From Acidimicrobiales bacterium (GTDB taxonomy: Bacteria > Actinomycetota > Acidimicrobiia > Acidimicrobiales > RAAP-2): a DNA stretch of 64,000 nucleotides. The notes under the pieces are model-generated. The model was not told the DNA's origin and searched no databases. It saw nothing but the letters and a program-made list of their open reading frames with translations. The DNA lies in contig DATKSO010000020.1 of NCBI GenBank assembly GCA_035531635.1, positions 11,359-75,358 of the forward strand. Reading direction: 5' to 3'. This document shows, in pieces, positions 19,922 to 29,002 of the stretch (its first letter is position 1; each line of letters starts with the position of its first letter). The position numbers and the translations under genes were made by a program.

Positions 19922-20332
19922 TTACGAAGTAAGAAACGACGCAATCTCGGCGGCGACCTGTTCAGGGCTGAAGAGCGCGCCCTCACGAAGCACTTTCGAA
20001 TTCATCGAATCAATCACGACGTAGTACGGGGCCGAGCGAATGTCGAGCGCGTCCATGAACTCAGGCGCCACGACGACCGTCTGACGAGCGCCCTTCCAGT
20101 CTTCGTCACCCAACGTTGCGCTAACGACGACCACCCGGACGTTGGCCAGATCGTGCAGATCGCCGTCAATGAAGGATTGGCAACCGTCACAGTGTGGCTT
20201 CACCGCGACGATCAGCGTAAGTCCCTCGAAATCGATCGATACCGGTTCGCCGCTCAACGACAGCCCGTGAATCGACTGCGGCGCGGAGCGTTCGCGCGGC
20301 GCGTCAAACGAGTGGACGCGAATGTCACTCAC
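19922..20332 (-). CDS. Thioredoxin-fold (TlpA/redoxin-like) protein
   Basis: KPHCDGC CxxC motif and IRSAPYYVVID cis-Pro region; GTGA overlap. Confidence 0.65.
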   Translation of the reverse strand: MSDIRVHSFDAPRERSAPQSIHGLSLSGEPVSIDFEGLTLIVAVKPHCDGCQSFIDGDLHDLANVRVVVVSATLGDEDWKGARQTVVVAPEFMDALDIRSAPYYVVIDSMNSKVLREGALFSPEQVAAEIASFLTS

Positions 20333-20538
20333 GGGATTTCGTTGAAGACCTCGACGCCGCGGCCGTGACCGCACCAGCGGCACGTGACCGACTCCACACT
20401 GTGCGCGATGACCTCGGGTTCTTCGACGTTCAGTTCGCCGCCGACGCTGTAGTGATGAAACGCCCGAACCGACGTGGTTTCCACCACGTCAAAACGCGTC
20501 AAGTTACCGCACGCAGTACATCGATACCGGTTGGTCAC
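20329..20538 (-). CDS. Small zinc-ribbon protein
   Basis: YRCTACGNLTRFDV ... VTCRWCG. Confidence 0.8.
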   Translation of the reverse strand: MTNRYRCTACGNLTRFDVVETTSVRAFHHYSVGGELNVEEPEVIAHSVESVTCRWCGHGRGVEVFNEIP

Positions 20539-20567
20539 GACCTCAAGTTACCGGGATTTTGAAACGC

Positions 20568-21137
20568 TCATTCGTGACGACGGCGCTGCCATTCGTCGGG
20601 ACGGACCTCGAGTTGGTAGGGATCTGGGTCTTCGTAGGTATAGATCGTGTCCAATGGAACCGAGTACGTTTCACCTTCGCGGCGTTCGGCGTCGATCAGT
20701 CGACAGAGCGCGGCCGGGTGGCGTACGAAACCCACTGCCAAAGGTCCCGCGGACGTCTCAAGATAGACGTAACCACGTCTAGTCAGTCGTTCGCTGACGC
20801 GCTGATCAACTCTCGTCGCCAGGACGTCGCGCATTTCTATCGAGGTGCGCTGATGTCGAAGGACGCCGCCTTCGATGATGACGCGGTCGTTGGTCACGTG
20901 GACCTTGTGCGATCGCCAGCGCCAAATCCTGGTGAGGGTCACGAGTCCGAGAGGTCCGACGAGGACGAGAATCAACCAATCTTCGAATCGGTGGACTAAC
21001 GCGTATCGTGACGCACTCTCGACGATGAGTGCAATCGTGGTCAACGTGACGAGAAAAGGTCGCAACACGCCGCGTGAAACCGGCGTAACCGAAATGACTC
21101 GCACTTCGCCCTCGCGAATGAGGTCCCGCCTGCCCAT
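20568..21137 (-). CDS. Membrane protein with bacterial PH (bPH_2) domain
   Basis: Two TM helices followed by VTNDRVIIEGGVL...Q...ERL...G.V.LETSAG. Confidence 0.8.
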   Translation of the reverse strand: MGRRDLIREGEVRVISVTPVSRGVLRPFLVTLTTIALIVESASRYALVHRFEDWLILVLVGPLGLVTLTRIWRWRSHKVHVTNDRVIIEGGVLRHQRTSIEMRDVLATRVDQRVSERLTRRGYVYLETSAGPLAVGFVRHPAALCRLIDAERREGETYSVPLDTIYTYEDPDPYQLEVRPDEWQRRRHE

Positions 21138-21208
21138 ATCCCTCCAGCGTAAGGAGTCCGTGGAGGGATTACGCGGAGGGGGTCGTTAGGCCGCGCGGAG
21201 CGCCGACG

Positions 21209-21583
21209 CTAGACGTTTCTCATTTGGTTCGCCGCCATGAGGAAGTAGGCCGTCATCTCTTCGTACTGTTCGTCAGTCAGTTGGTCGCGCACGCTATCGA
21301 GAGCTCTGCCCATCGCCACGAGCCACGCGTCGCGAGCACCTTTCGTGATTCGAAAGGGAACGTGACGCATCCGCAAGCGCGGATGGCCCCGTTCTTCCTG
21401 GTAGGTGCGCGGACCACCCCAGTACTGGACAAAGAAGAGCGTCAGGTGCCGTCTCGGCTCCGTCAAATCCTCGGGATACATAGGGCGCAACGTCTCGTCC
21501 AACTCCACCGCGTCGTAGAACGCGTTCACCAATCGCTCGAAGAACGGTACGCCACCGACCTGTTCGAAGAGTGTTTCTTCCAC
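21209..21583 (-). CDS. glbO: Group II truncated haemoglobin
   Basis: LFEQVGG..F..LV..FY, LRPMYP, QYWGGP..Y...RGHPRLRMRH. Confidence 0.93.
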   Translation of the reverse strand: MEETLFEQVGGVPFFERLVNAFYDAVELDETLRPMYPEDLTEPRRHLTLFFVQYWGGPRTYQEERGHPRLRMRHVPFRITKGARDAWLVAMGRALDSVRDQLTDEQYEEMTAYFLMAANQMRNV

Positions 21584-21635
21584 TCCGTCACGCTAATCGC
21601 GTCGCCTACAATGGTTCTCCCGGACTCTTCGGGAC

Positions 21636-21711
<76 letters not shown>

Positions 21712-21885
21712 GAGAGCTGTCGCACGGGCCGACGACGCTTCGGTCTTCAACAGTGTCGAGGGCGTTTTCGCGTGGCGACGCGCACGTTCGACGGTCGAGT
21801 TAGGGGGCTGGCACAGCTGACGCGCCCGGCAGTTCGCGGTGTATCGGTGAGAATAATGGGGTAAGAGTTGGGATAGCGTTAACCC

Positions 21886-22665
21886 GTGAGTGCCGACGAG
21901 GGAGCCGACATCGGCATCGAGAATAAGGGCGAAGAGCCAGCGTCCCGGAAGAAAGGCTCGATTCGGTCACATGAGCAGTTGATTGGAATGATCATCCTCT
22001 CGGCGGCGTTCATCATCGGATCGTTATCGGTAGCATCGGGGATCCGAAACCGAAATTTGCCGCAGACCAACCAGATCACGATTACCGGTTCTGCTGAACA
22101 GGCAGTCACGTCCAACACGTTCCAATGGATGGCAAGTGTGGCCAGCACGCTGCCGACAACCTCGGCGGCACTGGCGCAATTGAATGGGTGGACGGCCCAG
22201 ATTCGCAACGCGCTTATCGCCGCCGGAGCTTTCAACGACGAGATCTCATTTGGCACGGCAAATGTGCAACCCAACACACAGGCCACCGGTCAAGTCACCA
22301 GTTTCACTATGAGCCAAACCGTCACCGTGCAGTCCTCTCGCCTGACCGCCATGCAACGTGTTCTGGGCGTCAGTAATCTCCTGCTCGCCAAGAACGTTCC
22401 GTTCATCGCCCAACCACCCCAGTACACCTTCAACGGATTGAAGAAACTGCGACCCGCTCTCACGGCAGAGGCGGCCGCAAACGCTCGACAGCGCGCTCAG
22501 GCCGCGTTGGGCAAACAGGTCAAGTTGGGGAAGCCGATTTCGATCAAGGTGGGACAGGTGTCCGTGGATGCGCGCGGGTCCGTCAATTACGGCGGCGGAG
22601 ACTTCAACACCAGCTCGATTCCCAAGGTCATCTCGGTGGTGGTTTACGCCACCTACTCAACTTAG
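21886..22665 (+). CDS. SIMPL/DUF541 domain protein
   Basis: TM segment, ITITGSAEQ.V, Q.VTVQS, A..NARQRA...A.....LG; leaderless start. Confidence 0.75.
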   Translation: MSADEGADIGIENKGEEPASRKKGSIRSHEQLIGMIILSAAFIIGSLSVASGIRNRNLPQTNQITITGSAEQAVTSNTFQWMASVASTLPTTSAALAQLNGWTAQIRNALIAAGAFNDEISFGTANVQPNTQATGQVTSFTMSQTVTVQSSRLTAMQRVLGVSNLLLAKNVPFIAQPPQYTFNGLKKLRPALTAEAAANARQRAQAALGKQVKLGKPISIKVGQVSVDARGSVNYGGGDFNTSSIPKVISVVVYATYST

Positions 22666-22874
22666 TAAGTGGTTCTCACCCTCGCGTGATGAACCGATAA
22701 GGGTTGGGTGGTGGATCTGCGAGCAGATTGTGAAACTCGTGATCACCTGCTGAGTTACTCGTCGAGTAGGCAGCATTTATCGGATGCTCCGAGTGTGTCT
22801 GGTGTGTCAGTCCTCAAATGAGAGTTGGACTGTCTCACCCGACGCACGACCGGAGGATAGTGACGTTATGCTCT

Positions 22875-22891
22875 ATACCCATAGGGGGTAT
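22875..22891. promoter_or_regulatory. CsoR operator
   Basis: ATACCC-ATAGG-GGGTAT inverted repeat, 5 bp before csoR. Confidence 0.85.
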
Positions 22892-22896
22892 GTGAG

Positions 22897-23187
22897 ATGC
22901 CAGTGAAACCGGGATACACCACGGACAAGGACGTCGTTCAGAAGCGACTCCGTCGGATTGAGGGGCAGATTCGTGGCCTTCAGCGAATGGTCGAGGAAGA
23001 CCGCTACTGCATCGACGTTCTCGAACAGGTTTCGGCGGCCACTCGCGCCCTTCAGTCGGTGGCTCTCGTTCTCCTCGACGACCACCTGGGCCACTGCGTG
23101 GCCAACGCGGTGAAGGCTGGCGGCGGCGAGGCCACTGCCAAGCTCAACGAAGCCTCCTCGGCGATCGCACGCCTCGTTCGCTCGTGA
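22897..23187 (+). CDS. csoR: CsoR/RicR-family Cu(I)-sensing repressor
   Basis: RLRRIEGQIRG...M...RYCIDVL.Q ... HLGHCV (C-H-C ligands). Confidence 0.92.
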   Translation: MPVKPGYTTDKDVVQKRLRRIEGQIRGLQRMVEEDRYCIDVLEQVSAATRALQSVALVLLDDHLGHCVANAVKAGGGEATAKLNEASSAIARLVRS

Positions 23188-24725
23188 CGATCTCGTCGCT
23201 CGCTTCCATTGGCTGGTTCGACGACTTCGGACGCAGCGTCCGTGAAGGTTTCTTCATGTTTTGGGAGACCCTGTGGCCGTTGATCCTCGGCTTTGGACTC
23301 TCGGGCGCCGTGCAGGCTTTCGTGAGTCGCCAGTCGATGCAACGAAAGCTCGGCAATCACGGACCGGCTGCGGTCGTTCGCGCCTCGGGTTACGGGACGA
23401 TCTCATCCTCGTGTAGTTACGCCGCGTCGGCAATGTCGAAGTCACTCTTTGCCAAAGGTGCGGATTTCACTTCGTCGATGGTGTTCATGTTCGCTTCCAC
23501 CAACCTCGTGCTCGAACTCGGCATCATCCTCGTCGTCCTCATGGGCTGGCAGTTCGCCGTCAGCGAATTCGTCGGTGGCGCGGTCATGGTGGTTCTCCTC
23601 GCGTCGCTCGGGGGACTCTGGTTCCGGGGACGTCAGATCCAAGATGCACGGGACCGCCTCGAAGTGCAGGGCGCCGACGCTCACGGACACGACGAGCACG
23701 CTCATCACGCGGAATTGGAACTCCAGGGCGAGTCCTGGTCGACGAAGCTTCGTTCGAAGGGGGGCTGGGCGAACGCCGCGACGTACACGATGGCTGATCT
23801 CACGATGCTTCGTCGCGAGCTTCTCTTGGGATACACCATTGCCGGGTTCCTCGCCGCCCTCGTGCCGGTCCACTTCTGGAATCTCGTCTTCATTCACGGA
23901 CATGGATTCTGGACAAGTCTCGAAAACGTCGTCGTGGGACCATTCATCGCGATCATCAGTTTCGTGTGCTCGATCGGCAACGTGCCACTCGCCGCCGCAC
24001 TCTGGCGTGGCGGCATCTCCTTTGGTGGCGTGGTGTCGTTCATCTTCGCTGACCTGATCGCGTTCCCGCTGTTGCTCACCTACCGCCGCTACTACGGTAC
24101 GAAACTCACCCTCAAGATGCTCGCGCTCTTCTGGGCGGTGATGTCAGTCGCGGGCCTCGCCACTGAGGGGCTCTTCTCGGTGACGCACTTGATACCGAAG
24201 ACTCGTCCCGTCCAGATCGCTCCGGCACATTTCTCGTGGAACTACACCACGTACCTCAACATCATCTTCCTCGTAATTTTCGGGCTTCTCTACTGGACGT
24301 ACCGTAATCGCCTTCGATTAGGCGGCGGCAGCGGCTACGCACTCGATCCAGTCTGTGGCATGCAGGTGCAGACGTCAAACGCCCCCGCGTCACTCCTGCA
24401 CGACGGCGTCCGGGTGTACTTCTGCTCCGATCGATGCGCGAAGCGCTTCGAGGCCGATCCCATGAAGTTCATGAAAGCCACGACGTCAGCCTCCAGCGAC
24501 GAACCGTCGCACAAGGTAGTGGCGAGCGATCACGGGAGCGACTCGATGGCGAGCGACGATACGAGCCACGCGGTTGATCCGATCTGTGGGATGACGGTAG
24601 ACATAACGCAGGCGGTGGCCACCGTGACGCACGACGGACTCGACTACTTCTTCTGCTGCGAAGGTTGCGCGGCGACGTTCGCCGACAACCCACCCGCCGC
24701 CACGGGACGCGATCGGCAGGCTTAA
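23184..24725 (+). CDS. DUF318-type permease with His-rich loop and two C-terminal YHS domains
   Basis: SSSCSYAA, ASTNLV.ELG, SFVCSIGNVP, FIFADLI; DPVCGM..YFCSDRC and DPICGM..FFCCEGC. Confidence 0.88.
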   Translation: MTISSLASIGWFDDFGRSVREGFFMFWETLWPLILGFGLSGAVQAFVSRQSMQRKLGNHGPAAVVRASGYGTISSSCSYAASAMSKSLFAKGADFTSSMVFMFASTNLVLELGIILVVLMGWQFAVSEFVGGAVMVVLLASLGGLWFRGRQIQDARDRLEVQGADAHGHDEHAHHAELELQGESWSTKLRSKGGWANAATYTMADLTMLRRELLLGYTIAGFLAALVPVHFWNLVFIHGHGFWTSLENVVVGPFIAIISFVCSIGNVPLAAALWRGGISFGGVVSFIFADLIAFPLLLTYRRYYGTKLTLKMLALFWAVMSVAGLATEGLFSVTHLIPKTRPVQIAPAHFSWNYTTYLNIIFLVIFGLLYWTYRNRLRLGGGSGYALDPVCGMQVQTSNAPASLLHDGVRVYFCSDRCAKRFEADPMKFMKATTSASSDEPSHKVVASDHGSDSMASDDTSHAVDPICGMTVDITQAVATVTHDGLDYFFCCEGCAATFADNPPAATGRDRQA

Positions 24726-24874
24726 GGGCGTCTCGATGACGCGACTGTCATCTACGTTTCCCCGTGGCGACGCGGGCGTCAGGGTGCGCGCGCGGACGTC
24801 TTCGAGTGTTGTCTCGCCCGACCAGTCGCTCGACCCATGGGCGACACCCCTACCCAATGTGTACAGTCAGGGAC

Positions 24875-25045
24875 GTGGATAGCTACGTGAAGGTGAAGGC
24901 GCTCAACGACGTCGACAAGAACGTCCACTATCGCGGATCAGCTACTCCCGACACAACCCTGTGCGGCATGCAGGCGGCTCCCCTCGTCGTCGAGGGTCCG
25001 GTGACTTGTTATCGGTGTCACCAGTTCGCCACTGGAGACCTCTAG
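24875..25045 (+). CDS. 56-aa putative HC3 zinc-finger microprotein
   Basis: VHY-x9-LCG-x11-TCYRC; TACAGT -10 element 7 nt before the GTG. Confidence 0.55.
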   Translation: MDSYVKVKALNDVDKNVHYRGSATPDTTLCGMQAAPLVVEGPVTCYRCHQFATGDL

Positions 25046-25335
25046 GCACTCCGAGAGAGACGTGACCTCGCTCGCGTGACTTTCCCCTTTCGCCGCGCTT
25101 CGTTCTTGCGGTGTTCACGCTCGTCGCGCCAGCGATCTCGGCACCGAACTCGAACGCTCTATCTCGTGACCTTTCAGCCCAGGTCAACTGTCGCCCCGAT
25201 CAATGATCACGTCGTGAGGAAGCAACGGCAAGAGATTCATCGAAGCCACCCCAACGTGGTTGTCGATCGCGCGTCGACAACGTGCAACGACGCCTTCACT
25301 TCAGGGCGACCGTCAGCGAACGATACGATCAGCCC

Positions 25336-26523
25336 GTGGTGAAATCATGGCCGTTGCCCGAAGCGCGCGAGTCGTTGTCGGCGCGCGAAGCGGTACGTGT
25401 CGCACTGTACGCACAAGGCTTACGAGGACCTCGCGTCGACGGTGGCGTCAAAACACTCGTCTCGCGCCTTCGCGGCGTCCAACTCGACACGATCTCAGTG
25501 CTCGCGCGTTCGCACGAACTCGTCGCGTACGCGCGTTGTGGGGCGACTGCCCGTAAGAAGATTGAGGCCGCCTACTGGGGACCAGCGGCGGACACGTTCG
25601 AATACTGGTCCCACGCGGCGTGCGTCTTGCCCTTGGCGATGTGGCCGGCGTTCGCGGCACAGCGCCGCTCGAGGGTCGAGCGAGGGTTCCGATGGCATCA
25701 ACTCGAAGACCAGCAACGAAGTTGTGCCGACGTGCAGCGACGCTTACGCGACGAAGGGCCACTCACGTCGCGCGAACTCGGCGGCGCGAAGAAGGGCGGC
25801 ATCTGGTGGGACTGGTCCGAAGTCAAGATCGCCGTCGAATGGCTCCTCGACGTGGGAACGGTGGTCTGTCGCGAACGGCGCGGATTCGAACGCGTCTACG
25901 ACCTAGCCGAGCGTGCCGTGCCAATGTCCCTTCTCGATCAAGCGTTGGACAATGAGTCCTGTGCTCGCCTTCTCGTGGAGTCCGCCGCAAGTGCGATGGG
26001 TGTCGCGACGGCCAAGGACATCGCGGCGTACCACGGGTTCGCCGTGAAGACCGTCCAGTCCGTTCTGCCCTCGACCAACCTTCGACCAATCAAGGTCGAA
26101 GGTTGGCGCGACACCGCGTATCTGTCCGAGAACGCTGAAGCGGGGTTGAAACCGAAACTCCGAGGGCGAAACGTGATGTTGTCGCCCTTCGATTCCCTGC
26201 TATGGGATCGCGCCCGACTGGAGAGACTCTTCAACGTCACCTATCGTCTCGAGGCGTACGTTCCGGCCCCCAAGCGTGTCGTGGGTTACTTCGCGATGCC
26301 GGTTCTCTCGCAGGAACGTATCGTCGGTCTGGTCGATCCAAAGCGGATCGACACGACGTTGCACGCACGCCACGTCGTTGTTCATGAGGCCGCTTCGATC
26401 GACCAGATCACGTCCGCGCTGCGCGACGCCGCGACGTGGGTCGGGTGCGACACCGTCACGATCGATCGCGTGACACCGAAGGAGATCACGACTTCACTCG
26501 AGCATTCGCTGAACGTTCCCTAG
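25336..26523 (+). CDS. ycaQ: YcaQ/AlkZ-family (HTH_42) interstrand-crosslink DNA glycosylase
   Basis: VQLDTISVLARSH, FEYWSHAAC, R.GFERVYDL.ER, LSPFDSL.WDR.R, YRLEAYVP..KR..GYF. Confidence 0.88.
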   Translation: MVKSWPLPEARESLSAREAVRVALYAQGLRGPRVDGGVKTLVSRLRGVQLDTISVLARSHELVAYARCGATARKKIEAAYWGPAADTFEYWSHAACVLPLAMWPAFAAQRRSRVERGFRWHQLEDQQRSCADVQRRLRDEGPLTSRELGGAKKGGIWWDWSEVKIAVEWLLDVGTVVCRERRGFERVYDLAERAVPMSLLDQALDNESCARLLVESAASAMGVATAKDIAAYHGFAVKTVQSVLPSTNLRPIKVEGWRDTAYLSENAEAGLKPKLRGRNVMLSPFDSLLWDRARLERLFNVTYRLEAYVPAPKRVVGYFAMPVLSQERIVGLVDPKRIDTTLHARHVVVHEAASIDQITSALRDAATWVGCDTVTIDRVTPKEITTSLEHSLNVP

Positions 26524-26602
26524 CGAGCGTCGCTCGTCGCGCGCCGGCGAAAGGGATACGCGCGTCCAATGAGCTGTGACGTGCCTCGCCTACTGTGGGG
26601 CG

Positions 26603-27856
26603 ATGAAAAAGAAGTTGGCGCTCGTGCTCTTGTTGAAGCACCGGGAGCCCGCGCTCTTAGTCACGGGACAGACGGTGTCGAACTTCGGCGACGGCGTCGC
26701 CCTCGTCGCCCTCACCCTCTTGGTGTACGACACGACCGGAAGTCTGACGAAGCTCGCGTGGTTCGCCGCGGCGCGCATGACGCCTCTCGTCGTATTCCTC
26801 CTCGTGGGCGGCGCCATCGTCGATCGGTTCTCCAGGCGAACGTTGCTCATCATCTCCGACGTGGCCCGCGCCGTCTTGACCGGCGTCCTCGTCGCAATGA
26901 TCGCGTCGGGTCTCTTACGATTCTGGGAACTCATGGTCTTCGGCGCGCTCTTTGGCTGCTTCGACGCGTTGTTCTTTCCCGCGATCTCCGCGCTCACCCC
27001 GGAGATCGTGCCCGAAGATCTCCTGCCCGCGATGAACGCGTTGCGCCCACTCTCCAACAACTTGATGGGGGGAATGATTGGCCCGGCCGTCGGCGGGTTC
27101 CTCGCCTCCTACAGCACGAGCTGGGCAATGGGCGTGGACTGCGCGACCTTTGTCGTGAGCGCCGGTGCACTGTTGGTGATGAAGCCCACCCCCAAGCCAC
27201 CTCGCAACGAAGAGAACTCCATGATCGACGACATCAGGGAGGGCGTCCAGTACGTTCGCCGGGCTCGATGGTTGTGGACCACGCTGGTCGCCGTAGCGCT
27301 GGTGAACGCGTTTCTCTTTAGCCCGATGTTCGTCCTCATACCCTTTTTCTTGCTGCGCAACTTGCACTACGCCAAGGTCTACGTGGGATTCCTGCAAGTC
27401 GCTGCAGGTGTGGCGGGCGTCATCGGCGCCCTCATCATGTCCAACCTTCCCTCGCCGAAGCGTCGCGTCCGGGTGATGTGGATCTACTGGACCATAGGTA
27501 CGCTCTCGGCGCTCATCATGGGTGTCGCCACCAACTTCTGGGAGATCATCTTCTTTCCCATCATCGCCTCGCCCATGATGATCTTTGGCAACGTGATCTG
27601 GGAGTCAATGATGCAGAGTGAGGTGCCGCGTGAGCTCTTGGGTCGCGCCGGCTCGGTGGACTGGTTCGTGTCGCTCGGTGTCGCTCCCTTGGGACTCGTC
27701 GTCGCCGGCGAGATCGCGAACTACGTTGGAATACGTACGTACTTCGTCATGCTCAGCCTGATCTGCGTCCTGCCCGGTCTCTACATCCTCAAATCGAGGC
27801 GCATCAACGAGATCGACGAGAAGCGGGTGCACCCAGCGCCAACTGCGGTGCCGTAG
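26603..27856 (+). CDS. MFS transporter (DHA3/macrolide-efflux-like)
   Basis: GQTVSNFGD, GGAIVDRFSRR, IREGVQYV, VPRELLGR. Confidence 0.9.
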   Translation: MKKKLALVLLLKHREPALLVTGQTVSNFGDGVALVALTLLVYDTTGSLTKLAWFAAARMTPLVVFLLVGGAIVDRFSRRTLLIISDVARAVLTGVLVAMIASGLLRFWELMVFGALFGCFDALFFPAISALTPEIVPEDLLPAMNALRPLSNNLMGGMIGPAVGGFLASYSTSWAMGVDCATFVVSAGALLVMKPTPKPPRNEENSMIDDIREGVQYVRRARWLWTTLVAVALVNAFLFSPMFVLIPFFLLRNLHYAKVYVGFLQVAAGVAGVIGALIMSNLPSPKRRVRVMWIYWTIGTLSALIMGVATNFWEIIFFPIIASPMMIFGNVIWESMMQSEVPRELLGRAGSVDWFVSLGVAPLGLVVAGEIANYVGIRTYFVMLSLICVLPGLYILKSRRINEIDEKRVHPAPTAVP

Positions 27857-28133
27857 CGAGAGAGAGACCCACGACGCGCGGGCCCTTCTTCGCCCCGCTC
27901 GGGTAGATCAAGTCACAGCGAAACGACCGACCCTTCGATTCGCCAATCCTTCCTCCTCGCACTTCGATCCACTCGTCACCGGTAGCTTCGTTGAGGACGT
28001 GCGCGACGAAGGTCCACTGGTGCTTGAGTTCCTTCGGCGCGTTGACGACAACTCGGTCCCCGAGTCGCACCCCGTGCCACGCTGCGCTTCGCACGATCTG
28101 GCCGCGGCGAGTGACGGTCGTGTCGCGTGCCAT
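27804..28133 (-). CDS. Hypothetical small beta-rich protein
   Basis: Plausible globular sequence (GDRVVV..WTFVAHV.N..TG.EWIEV.GG); 3' end overlaps the MFS gene by 53 bp; start uncertain. Confidence 0.5.
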   Translation of the reverse strand: MARDTTVTRRGQIVRSAAWHGVRLGDRVVVNAPKELKHQWTFVAHVLNEATGDEWIEVRGGRIGESKGRSFRCDLIYPSGAKKGPRVVGLSLATAPQLALGAPASRRSR

Positions 28134-28194
28134 CTCTCCATTGTTACCCAGAGCGCTGAAGTGGTACGTCACATCATTGACCTAGCGTGGCGCC

Positions 28195-28986
28195 ATGGCC
28201 TTTGAACAACCACTCCCGCAGTCGCTCTCTCCCTCGCGACTGTCCGACTTTCAGACGTGCCCGCGCCGTTACCAGCACGCCTCGATCGAACGCCTACCCC
28301 AACCGGCCTCGTACGCTACGGCGAAGGGTCGCTTCATTCACTTCGTCTTGGAGAACCTCCTCCTCCTCGACGCGGACCAGCGCACAATTGGGAGGGCTCG
28401 TGAGTACGTGACGCCGGCCATCGAGGCAATTCTCACCGATGAGGTGCGCCTCGACATCGGTCTCGACGACGCTGTGCTGGCTCGGCTCGTGAGTGAGACC
28501 GAGGCCATCCTAGTGAGCTACTTCGAGATGGAAGATCCCACCACCGTGACGAGCGAAGGCGTCGAGCTCCGGCTCGGCGTCGAGGTCAACGACACACCGC
28601 TCTACGGCATCCTCGACCGCCTCGATAGGGACCCCGACGGCTCCTTGACCATCGTGGACTACAAGACCGGGAAACTGCCCAATCGCAACTACGACAGCAT
28701 GACCTTCGCCAACACTGAGCTCTACGCGGCGCTCTGTGAGGCGAAGCTCGGCGAGCGTCCCGCGACGATTCGCTTGATGTACGTGGCGCACGGTCAGTCG
28801 ATCGAGCGAAGCGTGACGGACGTCGTCGTGAAAGCGCGCGCGAACGCGGCGGCTGGCGCGTGGACGAAGATCAAGCGCTACTACGACGACGGAGATTTTC
28901 CGGCAACGCCTTCGTCGAACGCGTGCCGCTTCTGCTCTTTCAAGGACCTCTGCCGCAGTCAGGGTGTGCCCGTTCCCTCGAGGTAG
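28195..28986 (+). CDS. RecB/Cas4-like PD-(D/E)XK nuclease
   Basis: LSPSRL..F..CPRRY, G..IH..LE, GILDRLD, IVDYKTG, CRFCSFKDLC (four-Cys Fe-S staple). Confidence 0.9.
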   Translation: MAFEQPLPQSLSPSRLSDFQTCPRRYQHASIERLPQPASYATAKGRFIHFVLENLLLLDADQRTIGRAREYVTPAIEAILTDEVRLDIGLDDAVLARLVSETEAILVSYFEMEDPTTVTSEGVELRLGVEVNDTPLYGILDRLDRDPDGSLTIVDYKTGKLPNRNYDSMTFANTELYAALCEAKLGERPATIRLMYVAHGQSIERSVTDVVVKARANAAAGAWTKIKRYYDDGDFPATPSSNACRFCSFKDLCRSQGVPVPSR

Positions 28987-29002
28987 TTCCTAGGCTGGCC
29001 AC

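Noticed and set aside
21712-25335. Integrative element with att sites at tRNA-Gly
   Set aside because: No integrase and no repeat of the tRNA 3' end was found by eye
28195-28986. CRISPR-Cas locus suggested by the Cas4-like gene
   Set aside because: No array, cas1 or cas2; solo RecB-family nucleases are common in Actinobacteria
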